From Eledone cirrhosa (taxonomy: Eukaryota), in the NCBI GenBank assembly GCA_964016885.1, contig OZ024758.1, forward strand, positions 19,406,001 to 19,470,000: a DNA stretch of 64,000 nucleotides, in the 5' to 3' direction. Under the pieces are notes generated by a model. That model saw only the letters and a program-made list of their open reading frames with translations. It was not told where the DNA came from and ran no database searches. Each line of letters begins with the position of its first letter. Within the stretch, counting starts at the first letter, position 1. A program made the position numbers and the translations under genes. Below, piece by piece: positions 60,393-64,000 of this stretch.

Positions 60393-60585
60393 TTAAATGT
60401 TTCTACTTTTGGCACAAGGCCAGCAATTATCCCAGTGCATTTCTGGCACTTTATTGTATCGATCCCGTAAGGATGAAAGGCAAAGTTAACATCGGCGGGA
60501 TTTGAACTCAGACCGTAAAGGGCCGTAACTCTATGCTGCAAAGCGTGGCGTCTGACCCTCTACCGATACTGCCAATCCACTGCCC
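60393..60585 (-). mobile_element. tRNA-derived SINE, family A
   Basis: Reverse-complement match to family A. Confidence 0.9.
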
Positions 60586-61384
60586 TGATATTATTATTAT
60601 TAAATGGAGATTAGATTCGATATAATTTTATGAAGGCTTACTACATTTCATAGGTCAATGAAATATATCAAGCTGAAATAATCTGATATATTTAAAGGGA
60701 TATCTAGAGCATATTTATTACAGTGGTTTCTATAGAGATGTGGGGATATTGAATAAGACACAGATGAAATGGTAGAAAAATTACCGTCAAACTGTGCACT
60801 AAAATGTTAAAAAGTTGAAGGCAAATTTGATCCCAAAGGAAATGAAATGATTAAAGTGTCGCTTGATAATTTACCTTTTTGTCTATATACTTAGACCTCA
60901 ATAGCAACACAAACATACACACAACATCGTATTTGATTTTTCTAACAGGTCAAATCGGCTAAACTTCAGTACTATTCAAGCAGTAGGTATACGCCATTAA
61001 GTATGAAGTTAGGCTAAAGATAAACTAACATGTTATTTTGATATCGAAAACCACTGCCGACGATTTAGCCCTTAAGGCAGAATAGTCTGCCTTGATGTAT
61101 TGAGATGGTCAAATATGGGTTTTTTTGTGTGCTCATGAAGCTGCTGTAGGGGAGTATCTGTTGAGCCGTCTAGCTTTAGGTTGCTTAACAAATATTCTGC
61201 GATCTCCTTAGCGTAAGGTGATTGCGGAGTTCCTTTCTTATTTTAGATTAACTTACTGGGAACTACACGTTGTTCAGTGTGTACATTTGTTTAAGACACC
61301 TCAATATTCATTACCTTCACCAAATTCTATGTTCAGCAAGGATTTTGTATCGATATGTAAAATATATTGCTGAGAAGTTACACT

Positions 61385-61419
<35 letters not shown>

Positions 61420-61504
61420 AAGAGCGTGAAATTAATAAACATTCGTTGTACTGCCTCTCTGTTTTGTTCCTGTTCAATTTTTCATTATATATATATATAT
61501 ATAG

Positions 61505-61579
<75 letters not shown>

Positions 61580-62520
61580 GTAGGATGGCTGGAACAGGTA
61601 AAAGAGTAAAAGAGTATATAAACATCTATAGTTACATATATCATTGAACTCGTACGTCTACCTTTGCATTTGCATTCATGGAGTCTTCCGTTGCTCCCCT
61701 CTAAATCATTATATGATATACGTATTCATATCAATAAATGTGATGGTTATGTATGCGTAACTATATCTGTCTTTGTCTGTTTATGCATATGTATTCGGCT
61801 AAACTATAATGAAATAAATGATATGGAAGTACTAATCATACAATACGCTATGCTTTCTTGAACAGTATTTTCTTCCCATCGATATTAGCTATGCGTGGAG
61901 AGAAACTCCTGCCAAAAGTTATGAGGCTTTAAATAAATTCACGAGATCTTATTGCAGACATAACGTAATGGAGGTTTTTAATGGAGTGAAGAATATGCTT
62001 AATGATGTGCAAAATAAAATTGATTAATTAAGCATAATATACCATTAACTGATAATAAACAGAAAATATAGGATTATGTAAAATTATTATCTTCAAACGA
62101 ATTAACTAACTCGAGGAAGCGATAAATCATTTGCTCGTGTAATATGTGTGCCAAATATTTATTACATTGATCAAGATGAAATAGAAAGCGATTTTACTTT
62201 TACTTTTCAAAGATTAATGTTTTGATAATAGTCGTTTAAGGATCGATAATTTTTTGCAACTTAAATCTTGAAGCAACGGTTACTTAACTACATATGGTCT
62301 ATTCACATTGAAGAATAATAATTGATATTATAAATAGTAATAACTCATATTTTCTATTAATTTTACTACTATTACTTTACTTGGTCTGGCTTCCTGGTTT
62401 GACAAATAAACTACGTTATAGATTTAGGAAGTTCAGCTGAATAGTTGAAAGACTAACAATGAGAGCATGATGCTAGAGCTGTGGAATCTTGCATGTAATA
62501 CTTATAACACTACATATGAT

Positions 62521-62703
62521 AAATTCATTGAATCTGTCCAGGGATGATGCTGAATTGTAACCTCATTTGGTCATTCCATGAAAACATCCTGAACATCTTT
62601 TGAATGTTTCACCTGATAAACATTTTACCCAGCACTCCTACCTCTGTTAATATGTTAATTAGTGTAGCACTATATAATTATACACACACACACACATACA
62701 CAG

Positions 62704-62736
<33 letters not shown>

Positions 62737-63154
62737 TATCTGTGTATGTGTGTTTGTATGTATGTGTGTGTGTGTGTGTGTGCGTGTGTGTCGGATGGTA
62801 GCTAAGATGCTTCCATAGGCGGTATGCTGGTTGAGCACGCTATGCTCTTACAGAGCAGAGTATGATATAATATAAAACAAAAAATCAATGATGCATCTGA
62901 AATCAATTTATTGTGTGTTACAATTGTTTCGCCGGCGGACAGCTCGAGACGCGATCATTGTGTGGATCTGTCTGATTCTGGACCCGCAGGTTCGACGGAC
63001 ATGTCTAATTATTCCGGAGCTTATGCTTTCGGAGAATATGCTCCAATATCATTAGACGTGTCCGTCAAAATTCAAAAGATGTTCCAGATGTTTTCATGGA
63101 ATGACAAAATGAGGTTATATTTCAGCATCATCCCTGGAAAGATTCAATGAATTT
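62521..63154. repeat. About 88 bp inverted repeat pair (62521-62608 / 63067-63154)
   Basis: GTCATTCCATGAAAACATC / GATGTTTTCATGGAATGAC and flanks. Confidence 0.85.
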
Positions 63155-64000
63155 ATATGTAGTGTTATAATTATTGTATTGCGTCTCGATTTCTTCAAAG
63201 TATTGCTTTAATATTTTCGTTCACGAACATTTAGCCGATATTATGGTTTCAATTTATCATTATTTTGAAAAAATAAAGAAATCATTATTTTGAAATAATT
63301 ATCACTTGATTAAAGCGTTTAACTTTAAACTGAAGTTTTCGTATGACGAATTCTACACTTCATCTTTCTACTTGATCATAGTGTAATTATTATATTTTTA
63401 ATGTGTTATTTTGTACATCTGGTTGGTGCATCCGCTGTGTTCAAGAACCATCTTGAAACCCTACATTTAAATTAACGATGTGATATTAATCGTCTCTGCC
63501 CCATGTTCTGAAACGCCCAGTTGCTATATTGTATGATATTAATATTACGACTTTTACCTCGCCCTCATTTATCCTTGATAGGTTTGCTTCCAATATTCAT
63601 TAGCATCATCCATATTGACCATCGAAATCGTTCTATACCGCTGTAGGTTTGGCTGTCTGGAGGGACGACGTCAAGAAGTGTGTTACTGGGGATTTGGGTG
63701 TGACACTGTCACAGAAATGTCTGGATGTACATGTACTGATTTCTGTCCTGTCTTCTCCTGCATCTCAGTAGATGACCTCAGAGTGTACTGTATCTGTGGC
63801 AACTTATTTTCACAGATGACCCAGGTTTGGTGCAGACTAAACACATTTCTATTCTTACAGATTCTACCGCAGTGAGAGATTACTTCTAATACCCATCCAT
63901 ATTTTATTGCATGTATAATCAAGCTGCTTTTTTTGAACGAAATTATGTTTTCTTCAGTTCTTGATTCCAACCTTTTGAGTTCCTCATTATACGCATCCTA

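Overview
AT-rich, repeat-dominated animal genomic DNA. The SINE, MITE and microsatellite repertoire suggests an octopod cephalopod (inference). The long Tyr/Ile ORFs in the track are (TA)n artefacts. One host gene was reconstructed by hand: an 8-exon minus-strand CAP/CRISP gene (26450->7063, 849 nt CDS, 282 aa: signal peptide, CAP domain, hinge, EGF-like domain, ShK-like domain). All its introns are GT-AG with consistent phases. The rest is mobile DNA: a decayed Penelope-like element (RT + GIY-YIG) with inverted pLTRs, a second Penelope 3' fragment, RTE and CRE LINE fragments, about 11 tRNA-derived SINEs, and hAT, piggyBac and Helitron non-autonomous elements. The most striking unannotated signal is a dense set (about 19 intact or decayed copies) of minimal type I hammerhead ribozyme motifs. 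They sit in short, mostly fold-back elements inserted into (TA)n tracts, and one lies in sense orientation inside an intron of the CAP gene. All calls are by eye; no searches or folding were run.
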